Below are positions 38,798-47,942 of a DNA stretch of 64,000 nucleotides, piece by piece. Origin of the DNA: Candidatus Obscuribacteraceae bacterium. Its GTDB lineage: Bacteria > Cyanobacteriota > Vampirovibrionia > Obscuribacterales > Obscuribacteraceae. The position numbers and the translations under genes are program-made. The stretch spans positions 128,001 through 192,000 of the forward strand of contig JBGAHS010000009.1 of assembly GCA_044226015.1 (NCBI GenBank). The letters run 5' to 3'. Numbering within the stretch: the first letter of the stretch is position 1; each line of letters opens with the position of its first letter. A model generated the notes under the pieces. That model ran no database searches. It was not told the DNA's origin and saw only the letters and a list, made by a program, of their open reading frames with translations.

Positions 38798-40744
38798 TCA
38801 GGAGTTAGCGCTTCGGATTTCTTTTGCCTTCGTTTCCAATTTGTCGGCTTCGTCATTCTTTTCGACTTTGCGTAAGGCACTGGCATATCGCTCGAGTGCT
38901 CCAGCCACCTCAGGATGGTCTGGTCCAAAATTGTCCTGATAAATTTCGAGCGATAATTCGTATTGCGATTCCGCGCTTTGCAGATCTCCGCGTTTGTCGT
39001 AGACTTTGCCAAGTTTGTCGAGCAACTTCGCGACTTCCATCGGTTGCTTTTCGCCGCCTTTGTGCTTTATTCGCACCAATCGCACGTAGTACGGAACAGA
39101 ATCTTCCGAGCGTCCAAGTTGTGCATAAATATCGGCTGCTCGTTCAAGAAGGCTTATCAATTTCGGGCTGTCTTTCCCGTATAGTTTCTCTTTGATCGAC
39201 AGTGCAGAGCGGAAAAACATTTCTGCTTGCTCGTGATTACTCTGGCGTCCTTTAATATCAGCCAACATCTCGAGAGTAGTTGCTACATCTATGTGGTCAG
39301 CACCGAGTCCTTGCTGCTGAATTTCGAGCGTTCTCCAGATGTAGCCCTCACATTCGCTGAGCTTATTCTGTTTGTTGAATAGTTCAGCTAGCTTATAGAG
39401 GCAAGATGCAACTTCAACATCCTTAGGTCCGAAAAACTTTTCCAGAATGCCTACAGCACGTTTGTAATTGAGTTCAGCTTCTGCGTAGCGTTTCTGACTG
39501 AGATAGTTGTCACCTAATCGCATACATATGATCGCAACGCCGCAGTGATTCGTTCCCAGAGTTCTTTCTGCCGTAATTAGAGAATCGGCTTCGCTGATAA
39601 GTGTTTTCAGCTCTGTTGTACTTAGCTTTCCAGGTTGCCATCCTATGTACTCTAATGCTTCGTCTAATTGGATGTTCTGTTTAGCGCAGATTCGAAGTGC
39701 TTTTATCGCAAGTTCTGCCGGAACTACGCCATCTCCGATTAGCAATTGTGCTTGAAGACCTGCACGTACTACTTCGGGGTCTATAGTCTCTAAAGTAAGC
39801 AAATACTGACCCAACGGTATGCCCGATCTTTGCGCTTCATTGGCTGCTGCCTGAAGTTCCTTCTGCGTGATGAGCCCCGCCTCTTCAAGAATATCGCCAA
39901 TTCGTTTTTTCTCGGACTTCTTGCCTTGTTTGCTCCAGAATGATGCCATCTGGCGTAATTGGTCAACCATATCAGGATGGTCAGGTCCAAAAGTCTTCTC
40001 CTTTACCCGAAGTGACGACAGATAAAATTGCTCGGCTTCCACGAATCTTCCGCGGTTTTCCAAAATGCGTGCCATCCGCTGGAACGCTTGAGCCGTGTCG
40101 ATGTGCTCGGGCCCAAGCATTTCTTGTGATATTTGAATCAATCTCCAGCCGTGTGGCTCAGCATCGGCAAACTTCTTTTGAAGCAAGTTGAGGTCAATCA
40201 ACTTCGTGAGACATGTGGTCAGCTTGAGATTGGTTTTGCCGTACGAAGTCTCTGTTATCAGGAGCGCTCGTTTGTATTGCTTCTCCGCCTCTTCATCCTG
40301 GGCCAGCTGCAAATGAACGTCACCAAGCTCCATGCAGAGTGTCGCAATCTCGCGGTGTTGTGGTCCATGAGTTTTTTCGTGTTCGACTATTTGTTCCTGT
40401 AGTTTAATGATGCGATTTTTCTTGTAATCGAGCGAACTCTGCTCGATTTCTTTGACGCGGTCGATTGCATCTTCAAAATCAAGTTTTTCGAGGGAAGCTT
40501 GCTTCAGGGCAGCTACCGCTAGCTCTTCGTCGATTTGACCGCTGTCAAGCATGTTCTGTGCCTGCAGCGCATTAGTAAGGTCTTCAGGCGACATAAATCT
40601 GAGCATCACCAACATTTCGCCGAGTCGCAGCTGGAATTTATCAGCCTCTGCGAGTCCGGCAGGCAAGTGCTCTGGTTTGATTACTCCAGCCTTTAGAAGT
40701 AAGTCACCAATTCGTTTTCTAGAATTTGTTCGAGTTTCGGTCAT
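38798..40744 (-). CDS. Protein with two MshEN-like domains and kinesin-light-chain-type TPRs
   Basis: RIGDLLLKAGVI/RLGEMLV and RIGDILEEAGLI/PLGQYLL; 42-aa TPRs with GPDHPxVA; AGGA RBS before ATG 40744. Confidence 0.85.
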   Translation of the reverse strand: MTETRTNSRKRIGDLLLKAGVIKPEHLPAGLAEADKFQLRLGEMLVMLRFMSPEDLTNALQAQNMLDSGQIDEELAVAALKQASLEKLDFEDAIDRVKEIEQSSLDYKKNRIIKLQEQIVEHEKTHGPQHREIATLCMELGDVHLQLAQDEEAEKQYKRALLITETSYGKTNLKLTTCLTKLIDLNLLQKKFADAEPHGWRLIQISQEMLGPEHIDTAQAFQRMARILENRGRFVEAEQFYLSSLRVKEKTFGPDHPDMVDQLRQMASFWSKQGKKSEKKRIGDILEEAGLITQKELQAAANEAQRSGIPLGQYLLTLETIDPEVVRAGLQAQLLIGDGVVPAELAIKALRICAKQNIQLDEALEYIGWQPGKLSTTELKTLISEADSLITAERTLGTNHCGVAIICMRLGDNYLSQKRYAEAELNYKRAVGILEKFFGPKDVEVASCLYKLAELFNKQNKLSECEGYIWRTLEIQQQGLGADHIDVATTLEMLADIKGRQSNHEQAEMFFRSALSIKEKLYGKDSPKLISLLERAADIYAQLGRSEDSVPYYVRLVRIKHKGGEKQPMEVAKLLDKLGKVYDKRGDLQSAESQYELSLEIYQDNFGPDHPEVAGALERYASALRKVEKNDEADKLETKAKEIRSANS

Positions 40745-40916
40745 TATTCCTGGTGTGCTAACGCTATACGTTTGAGCGTTCCCCAAAAGCGCTACCTGTT
40801 ATCTTCTACCACGCCCCTATCATTTATAGGCAAACATTCGTGCTCTGTGAAACAAATTCCCCTCTTGACGGGAGAAATCCTATATAACTAGGTTTCGAAC
40901 TTTTGGAGTACTTGGC

Positions 40917-42356
40917 ATGTTCTTGAAGAAAAACCTGAAAGCGCTGCAAACACTTATTGCCACTGCTTTCCTGATGGGTAGTTTTAATGGTCCAGCTGCC
41001 TGGTCTGCTGTTCAGGCTGCTTCAGGAGCCGGACAAGATGAGAAATCCGCCGCTGAAGCCATAGACTTGCTAAAGCAATATCTCCGTATTGATACGACAA
41101 ACCCTCCAGGTAATGAAACTAAGGGTGCTCAGTTTCTCGCTGATGTTTTGAATAAGAATGGCATTGAAGCCAAGCTCTACGAAACTTCTCCGGGGCGTTC
41201 TTGCGTTTATGCTCGTTTAAAGGGCAACGGCAAGAAAAAAGCGATAGTGCTGCTAAATCATATTGATGTGGTTCCAGCACGTGGAGAGGATTGGGACCAT
41301 CCACCATTCTCGGGAGAAATTTTCGACGGTGAAATATGGGGACGTGGCACTGTTGATATGAAGGGCATCGCCATTGCTCAGCTCGAGTCTATGTTGATGA
41401 TTAAACGATCTGGTAAGACGCAAGACCGCGACATCATTTTTCTGGGAACCCCAGATGAAGAGGTCGGCGGAGCTCATGGCGCTTCGTGGTTCACCTCTAA
41501 CCATCCAGAACTCGTGAAAGATGCTGAGTTTTTGTTCAATGAAGGAGCCTTTATTGATGCCGATGATAGCGGCAAGGCTCGGTATTGCGGTGTTGCAATA
41601 TCGGAAAAGTCGGTGTTGTGGTTGAGTCTTACCGCTAAAGGTGACGCTGGTCATGCATCGATGCCTATGCCAGACTCATCTGTGAACAGGTTGGTGCGTT
41701 CATTAAATAAAATCGTAGAGAACCCACCAGCGCCTACGGTATTACCTGCGGTGCGCGAATACTTTAAGCGAATAAGCCCTACAGTTGGCGAACCCTATAA
41801 ATCCGCTTTCGCTAATATTGATGAATCAGTAAAGAAGCCTGAGCTTTATCAGGATATTTTGAAAGACAAATTCAGAAGCGCGATGTTGCGCAACACAGTC
41901 TCACCAACTGTATTGAAATCTGGCTACAAAACAAATGTCATTCCGGCCGAAGCCTATGCGGAACTTGATTGCCGCATTCTTCCTGGTGTGACTAAGGATC
42001 AGTTTGTAGGAAGCATCAAAGACACTATAAAGGATCCATCAGTAGAGGTTGGTGTGCTTGATTGGGTTCACACTGATGCATCGCCTTACGACACAGAGTG
42101 TTTTAGCGCGATAAATAAAGTCATCGCAAAAGAGATGCCCGGAGTTCCAGTTGTGCCCATGGTTATGCCCTGGTTCACAGACTCTCATTGGTTCAGAGAT
42201 CTCGGAATAGCTTCTTACGGTTTCGTACCAATTCGAGTGGATCAGGTGCATCTTGCCTCGATGCATGGAAAGAACGAGCGAATTCAAGTCGCCAACTATA
42301 AAGAAGCGCTGAAAATATTCTATGAAGTTCTGGACGAACTCTGTTGCAGTAAATAA
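40917..42356 (+). CDS. Exported M20/M25/M40 family metallopeptidase
   Basis: LLNHIDVVP, GRGTVDMKG, DEEVGG, GHAS, HGKNE; signal peptide. Confidence 0.92.
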   Translation: MFLKKNLKALQTLIATAFLMGSFNGPAAWSAVQAASGAGQDEKSAAEAIDLLKQYLRIDTTNPPGNETKGAQFLADVLNKNGIEAKLYETSPGRSCVYARLKGNGKKKAIVLLNHIDVVPARGEDWDHPPFSGEIFDGEIWGRGTVDMKGIAIAQLESMLMIKRSGKTQDRDIIFLGTPDEEVGGAHGASWFTSNHPELVKDAEFLFNEGAFIDADDSGKARYCGVAISEKSVLWLSLTAKGDAGHASMPMPDSSVNRLVRSLNKIVENPPAPTVLPAVREYFKRISPTVGEPYKSAFANIDESVKKPELYQDILKDKFRSAMLRNTVSPTVLKSGYKTNVIPAEAYAELDCRILPGVTKDQFVGSIKDTIKDPSVEVGVLDWVHTDASPYDTECFSAINKVIAKEMPGVPVVPMVMPWFTDSHWFRDLGIASYGFVPIRVDQVHLASMHGKNERIQVANYKEALKIFYEVLDELCCSK

Positions 42357-42386
42357 TTGTATTGCGCTAGTGCTTGCTATGTGAGT

Positions 42387-43034
42387 CTACTGCTTCGGCG
42401 ATGAGCCGTTCAGTTCTTTTACTATGCGCATAGCCTCAGTAACGTGTTTTGAGCCGTCCATCATTGAGTTGAAGGTGTAGCGTACTACACCCTCTTTGTC
42501 GATAACATAAGTTACTCTTCCGGGAATTAAGCCTGCCGTATTTGGCACACCGAAGGCTTTCCGCGCCATACCACTCTTGTCTGCAAGCAGAGGAAATGGC
42601 AGATGGTGCTTTTCCGCGAAGCCTTTGTGAGACTCCACTGAGTCAGAGCTAACTCCGATTACTTCCGCGCCTAGATCTTTGAACGACTCATAGCTATCGC
42701 GAAACGAACAAGCTTCGGCTGTGCAAACGCTGGTGTTGTCCTTAGGATAAAAATAGAGAACAACTACTGTTTTGCCAAGAAATTCCTTTAGGGTGACGAT
42801 TTTTCCGCTCTGGTCAGGCAGTGCCAGGTCTGGTGCTTTATCGTTCACGCCAACTTTAGAAGCCATGTTTCCATCCTCGTTCTTCCTATCTTTAGACTCA
42901 GTGCTGTTATGTTCTGCAGATTTGTTTCCCTTGCGGAATGGAATTGCTTGAGATTCCGGTAGACCGCATTGAAAAGAACCTGCTAGCAGAAGAATGAGTG
43001 CGATGGTTCTCTCAGTTTTATTCATAACTTTCAT
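42387..43034 (-). CDS. bcp: Peroxiredoxin BCP/PrxQ with N-terminal signal-like extension
   Basis: YFYPKDNTSVCTAEACSFRD, GVSSD, RVTYVIDKEG. Confidence 0.9.
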   Translation of the reverse strand: MKVMNKTERTIALILLLAGSFQCGLPESQAIPFRKGNKSAEHNSTESKDRKNEDGNMASKVGVNDKAPDLALPDQSGKIVTLKEFLGKTVVVLYFYPKDNTSVCTAEACSFRDSYESFKDLGAEVIGVSSDSVESHKGFAEKHHLPFPLLADKSGMARKAFGVPNTAGLIPGRVTYVIDKEGVVRYTFNSMMDGSKHVTEAMRIVKELNGSSPKQ

Positions 43035-43036
43035 CT

Positions 43037-43543
43037 TTACCTTGGAATAGCTAAGTCTTGGACTACATGCAGGTTTGGTAGTTTCAAGAGTTCCTGAGGA
43101 TTGATCAACAGCTTACTGCTGCGATTGCCGCCGCCCAGTACTACTTGTTCGTTTTCCATCACCCGAGCATCAATCAGAATAGGTATTCCAGAGACTCCTA
43201 CCGGTGTCACTCCGCCAATTTCCATTCCTGTTAACTCTTTTGTTTGATCAGCACTTGCGAAAGAGCACTTTTTGATTTCCAATTGCTTGCATACAGCTTT
43301 GTTCACATCAAGTTTGCAAGTAGCCAGAATGACACAACAAGCGTATTTCGTTGGTGCGGATTTGCCGGCTGCGATAATTGCATTGCATGTTTGCTCTGGA
43401 GCGAATCCATAGTTTGCGCAGAATTCTGCGGTGTCTGCCAGATTAGGATCACATTCTATGGAGTCGAAGGACAAATTCAACTCTTTTATTGTTGCAATAA
43501 CTTGAGGGTGGAGGATATCGAGTTTATCAACCATTTCTGTCAC
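43037..43543 (-). CDS. YbaK/prolyl-tRNA editing family protein
   Basis: ADTAEFC, LTGMEIGGVTPVG, LGGGNRSSKL. Confidence 0.88.
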   Translation of the reverse strand: MTEMVDKLDILHPQVIATIKELNLSFDSIECDPNLADTAEFCANYGFAPEQTCNAIIAAGKSAPTKYACCVILATCKLDVNKAVCKQLEIKKCSFASADQTKELTGMEIGGVTPVGVSGIPILIDARVMENEQVVLGGGNRSSKLLINPQELLKLPNLHVVQDLAIPR

Positions 43544-43568
43544 CTGCGGGAGTCAATATTTTACACTC

Positions 43569-44714
43569 ATGGTCGAGACTATTCATATAATTGAATCTAT
43601 GTTCACGACTGTCGGAAAATTGAACCAGATTTGCAGAGTCTTGTTAACTCTGCCGATGCTATTTCAGCTTAGCGAATTAGCTGTGAATGCGGCTCCTGCA
43701 AAGAGTTCGATGAAGAAATTCGTTACCGGGTCCAGAATGAGTACCGCAAAAGATGCTGTAAACGAATCCGAAAAGGAATCCTCGAAGAAAGCTACTTACA
43801 GTGCCACGAATAAAGCCGGAAAGAGAATTCTTGCGAAAGATGGCTACTCTGTTTCGACGAAAGTCGGACCGTACAGAGCGTATTCTAACCTTCCATATAT
43901 TCCAGGTGGCAAAAACAAGGCACAGACGCTAGACCTATACATTCCGAAATCGAAAATACATGCTGCACCATTTCCTTTAGTCATCAATGTTCATGGAGGT
44001 GGCTGGGGGGCTGGTTCTAAGGACAACCCGCCCTGTCTTGACGAACTCTGCGGAAATGGAATTGCAGTTGCCAGTGTTGAATACAGGTTTGTGAAGGAGG
44101 CTGGTTTTCCTGCTCAGTTGCACGACGTAAAGGCCGCAGTGCGTTGGCTAAAATCTAACGCTACCAAATACGGTATTGACGCTCGTCGATTTGGAGTCAT
44201 TGGTGGCTCTGCCGGAGGTCATCTTGCAGCGCTTCTAGGAACGAATAATCATCGGCCTGAGTTGGAAGGTAATTTGGGCGAACGAAATAGCGATAGCGAT
44301 ATATCTTGTGTGGTAGATCTTGCTGGTCCAACGAATATGTTCAGTTTGGATCTTCCTGCAAAATTCTTGCCTGAGAAAGGACTACTATCTAAACCGAGTA
44401 TCCATCTGTATCCGAGATGGGGATTGGCGTATTCGCTTTTGAAAGACTCTCCAGCTGCCTGTCCCGATCTGGCGAGGCTGGCAAGTCCTGTTTTTTGGAT
44501 GAACAAGAAGTCGGCACCATTTCTGATTTTCCATGGCATGCAGGACACCGTAGTGCCATTCAAGCAAAGTCTTGAACTAAACGAAGTGCTTCAAAAGATC
44601 GGTGTTTCCTGCGATTTAGTTTTGGTTCCAGGCAAAGGGCATGCTGACCTCGGCGCAGATCTGGATAAGAGGATTGTTTCATTTTTCAAGAAGCACTTAT
44701 TAGCGACTTACTAA
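43569..44714 (+). CDS. Alpha/beta hydrolase (esterase/lipase)
   Basis: LDLYIP, HGGGW, GGSAGG, HGMQDTVVP, GH catalytic motifs; start position uncertain. Confidence 0.9.
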   Translation: MVETIHIIESMFTTVGKLNQICRVLLTLPMLFQLSELAVNAAPAKSSMKKFVTGSRMSTAKDAVNESEKESSKKATYSATNKAGKRILAKDGYSVSTKVGPYRAYSNLPYIPGGKNKAQTLDLYIPKSKIHAAPFPLVINVHGGGWGAGSKDNPPCLDELCGNGIAVASVEYRFVKEAGFPAQLHDVKAAVRWLKSNATKYGIDARRFGVIGGSAGGHLAALLGTNNHRPELEGNLGERNSDSDISCVVDLAGPTNMFSLDLPAKFLPEKGLLSKPSIHLYPRWGLAYSLLKDSPAACPDLARLASPVFWMNKKSAPFLIFHGMQDTVVPFKQSLELNEVLQKIGVSCDLVLVPGKGHADLGADLDKRIVSFFKKHLLATY

Positions 44715-44744
44715 TGTGCGACTCACTAATGTGCGACTCACTAA
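44703..44744 (+). repeat. 15-bp tandem repeat CTAATGTGCGACTCA x2 with partial flanks
   Basis: Exact copies at 44711-44725 and 44726-44740, overlapping the hydrolase stop codon. Confidence 0.8.
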
Positions 44745-44830
44745 AAAGTACCTCATCAGATCATTACATCGAACACTTTTTTGTCTTGGCAGAGTACAGT
44801 AGGGACATTGAAAAGCTCAAGGAGTGCGGG

Positions 44831-45151
44831 ATGTCTAAACGCAATACTACGGATATCGAAAACACCACTGATATATCAGAGGTAGTTCCGAAAGCAACCA
44901 AGCGCACACGAAAAACGACGGCAGAGAAAACTGCTGATGGTGGCACAGTCAAAAAAAGAGTGAGCCGTAAGGCCACAGCGCAAACCGCAATGGAAACAGC
45001 TAGAAACGTCGCAGTCGCTGAGCATGAAGACCCTGAACTTCAAAGCCTTTTGCTTCAGGTCGACACAATGCTAACTGAAATGACTCAATCAAAGTGGTTG
45101 TCCTCTGATTGGCCATCTTTAGAGATTGATTTCGGAAATTCGAAAAAGTAA
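44831..45151 (+). CDS. Hypothetical small protein with Lys/Thr/Arg-rich segment
   Basis: AAGGAG RBS before ATG 44831. Confidence 0.6.
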   Translation: MSKRNTTDIENTTDISEVVPKATKRTRKTTAEKTADGGTVKKRVSRKATAQTAMETARNVAVAEHEDPELQSLLLQVDTMLTEMTQSKWLSSDWPSLEIDFGNSKK

Positions 45152-45177
45152 TCAGCTTCTCCTGTAGGAAAAGCGTC

Positions 45178-45501
45178 GTGGGCAGAATTTTTTTCAGGCT
45201 CTTGCAAGTTAGCCTAATTTTGGGCGGTGGAGCTTTGCTTGGTTTTCTGCTTGGGCTCGCTTACGCCTCGCATTTGTACGGAACTGCACCTGTTGTGGCG
45301 CAGCTTCAAGCCTGGTTCGCCGGGGACACGCTCTCGGATAATCTACCTATAGATATCCGAGGTAGTATATTGCGATATCCGGTATCAATGATACCTGTGC
45401 TCGGTTCTTGTTTTGGTTTCTTCTTTGCGCTTTCATCCCTCTTCGGCCATTTGATGATGAGGGGAATTATTAATGCACTCAAAGAGAAGGGACAACTCTG
45501 A
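45178..45501 (+). CDS. Small two-TM membrane protein
   Basis: AGGA RBS, GTG start, two hydrophobic segments. Confidence 0.6.
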   Translation: MGRIFFRLLQVSLILGGGALLGFLLGLAYASHLYGTAPVVAQLQAWFAGDTLSDNLPIDIRGSILRYPVSMIPVLGSCFGFFFALSSLFGHLMMRGIINALKEKGQL

Positions 45502-47686
45502 GAATGTTTGACGTGCTTTTACCTTTTTTTGATTCCTCAACAGACTTCTGAATTCTATCCAAAGCGGATTCAAGTTCTTTGATTATGTGCTCTGGCTTGT
45601 GTTCGTCCTTTGCCATTTTCAACCCTTGTGTAATCTGAACAAGTATCTGATCGAGGTTTGCATTCAGGGGATAAATGTCGCTTGCTTTCAGGAGCGCATC
45701 TATTGCAAGAGCATGGTTGTTGTGACGTCCGAAGAGTTCTGTGGATGCGTGAAGAAAAGCTTGGGCTAAATCGAACGAGTCGGTTTCAAGTTCTTTAGAC
45801 TTGCATTCTTTTATGTACTGAGTCAAATTGTCTCGCCATTTTGAATTCTGTTGGTTTGATGTTCTTTCCTCATGGTCAATAATCAAGTAAATTGTCTTGA
45901 TTCTATATTGCGATGGAATAACGCGCTCCGAAGCAAGATCTTTTAGCGCAGTGTCGTCATGTCGCAGCCACTCTCTTAAGTATGCAATTTTGAATTTTAC
46001 GTACGAGTTTGCATCGTGATACATTTGACCTGGAACGCCTTCAGGCAGTTTGAGAATAAGGAGAGCAGTGGACCTTGCAGGGGCTTTGGTGTTCTCTTTG
46101 TAGTCTTCGTATTTATCAATCAGTACTTTCGCTTCTTCGAAATGGTCTAGCGCTTCTTGATGATGTCCTTGTTCTTCATAGTATTCACCAAGGAGGATCG
46201 GCGCTACAAAAGCGTCCCAGGCAATTTGTCCTTGTATCTTGGAACATTCCACTGCTTTTTGGAGAAAAGTAAGCGGTTCTTTTGTTTTTGTTTTGCCTTT
46301 GCCTTTGCCTTTGCTCAAGTTTATTTCGTAGTAAGCGTTGCTGTAGAGCTGGCAATAGGCAGAATATCTGTACTTCTTTGGCATGTTTTGCTGGGAGAGT
46401 ATGTCGTTCAAAATGGAATCAGACCTTTGCAAATTTTGTAACCTCATAGCAGTCGTCAGGTTCTCGTTAAAATTACGGTCTGCTATCTGGCTAGCAGTCT
46501 GCAGCTGCTGGATTACACTTTTTTCTTTGAAGCGATGATTTTGAGGAGGTCTACTGATATCTTTCGTACTCTTGGATGAAAAAAATAGAATAGATACGGC
46601 TGTTAGTATTAGCAGTGTGAGCATGGAGACGGACAAGGGCATTCTAGATTTCTTTCCTGTCTGTGTCATTTTTTCAATGTCTTGTTGATTTTGAAAAATG
46701 CTTTGCAGCTCTGCCATTGACGGGCGTAGTTGGGGATTCTTATTTAGAAGTCTCTCTATCAATTTCTTTATGGCAAGAGGAATGTCATCCCTCATTGCTG
46801 CTGGCGGAGAATCCCTTTTTAACAGCATTGTATGCATGGCATTCTCTCCCGACCATGGAGGGTAGCCATTAATGGATTCGAACATGATGATTCCCAATGA
46901 GAAAACTTCACTTTTTTCATCGGCTACTTTGCCTTCGCATTGCTCTGGGCTGAGGTAATTGACGGTGCCGACAATAAACCCTGTTTTCGTCAGTTTGTTT
47001 TTTTCGGCTTCGTTTGCTTTTGGGATGAGTTTTGCCAATCCAAAATCTATTAGCGTACATTTCGAGACTGCCGAGCTGCTGCTGCTGGTCGCCCCTATGA
47101 TCAGGTTCGCTGGCTTAAGATCGCGATGGAGCACTTTGTGATTATGCAGGTAAGCCATCGCACTAACAAGTGTGCCGAAGATTTCGACGAACTCATCCGC
47201 TGGCAATCTTTTGTTTACCGACAGCATTTCTTGCAGTGATTTTCCATCAACGTATTCACTGATTAAGGCTGGTGCATTGTCTCTGTTGAATGTGTATGAA
47301 AGTACTTTCTGAATGTTTGGATGCTGAAGTTCACTTAGTATCGTTGCTTCCCTGCGGAACCTACTGTGTTCTATATCCAAATCTTGATTGAACTTGTTGA
47401 ATAGTTTTATCGACACCATTCGTTGTGTCGACAATTGAATTGCCTTGTATACAGTGGCACTTGCTCCATCCCCTAGTTTGGATACAATGCGGTAGCCTTC
47501 TGGAGCAACATTTTCTTCTTCCTCTTCTGCAGCGGGATCCGTTGCAGATGTTTTTGATAAACCCTTATTTGACCCATCTGCATTTTCTTTCGCTGCAGCG
47601 GGATCTGGTGCAGATGTCTTCGCTGAACCGTCTGCACTCGCTACTTGTTTTAGTTCATCTTGGTCTGGGTCCATTGATTGGGCCAT
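45479..47686 (-). CDS. Ser/Thr protein kinase with TM helix and helical/TPR-like C-domain
   Basis: LGDGASATVY, HRDLKPANL, DFGLAK, GTVNYLSPEQ; TM at aa ~352-370. Confidence 0.93.
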   Translation of the reverse strand: MAQSMDPDQDELKQVASADGSAKTSAPDPAAAKENADGSNKGLSKTSATDPAAEEEEENVAPEGYRIVSKLGDGASATVYKAIQLSTQRMVSIKLFNKFNQDLDIEHSRFRREATILSELQHPNIQKVLSYTFNRDNAPALISEYVDGKSLQEMLSVNKRLPADEFVEIFGTLVSAMAYLHNHKVLHRDLKPANLIIGATSSSSSAVSKCTLIDFGLAKLIPKANEAEKNKLTKTGFIVGTVNYLSPEQCEGKVADEKSEVFSLGIIMFESINGYPPWSGENAMHTMLLKRDSPPAAMRDDIPLAIKKLIERLLNKNPQLRPSMAELQSIFQNQQDIEKMTQTGKKSRMPLSVSMLTLLILTAVSILFFSSKSTKDISRPPQNHRFKEKSVIQQLQTASQIADRNFNENLTTAMRLQNLQRSDSILNDILSQQNMPKKYRYSAYCQLYSNAYYEINLSKGKGKGKTKTKEPLTFLQKAVECSKIQGQIAWDAFVAPILLGEYYEEQGHHQEALDHFEEAKVLIDKYEDYKENTKAPARSTALLILKLPEGVPGQMYHDANSYVKFKIAYLREWLRHDDTALKDLASERVIPSQYRIKTIYLIIDHEERTSNQQNSKWRDNLTQYIKECKSKELETDSFDLAQAFLHASTELFGRHNNHALAIDALLKASDIYPLNANLDQILVQITQGLKMAKDEHKPEHIIKELESALDRIQKSVEESKKGKSTSNILRVVPSL

Positions 47687-47942
47687 TGCAAACTACTTCT
47701 TTTTCGTTCCACATGGTCAGCAAGATCAAGCAAAAAGCGTTGATGTTCTGGGCCAAGCTAAATGATTGAATAAAACCCGCGATCCCCTTGTGCCACTGGT
47801 CACGAGAGTTTTCGGGCTGCTGTGGAATTGTGTACGTCTTCACTCGTGAAATTACCAATGTACAAGTCTTTTGGGCTATATTACACTCCTCTAAGAAAAC
47901 TCGGCAGGTTTTGGGCAATGGAATTATTCGGCTGGTTGATCT

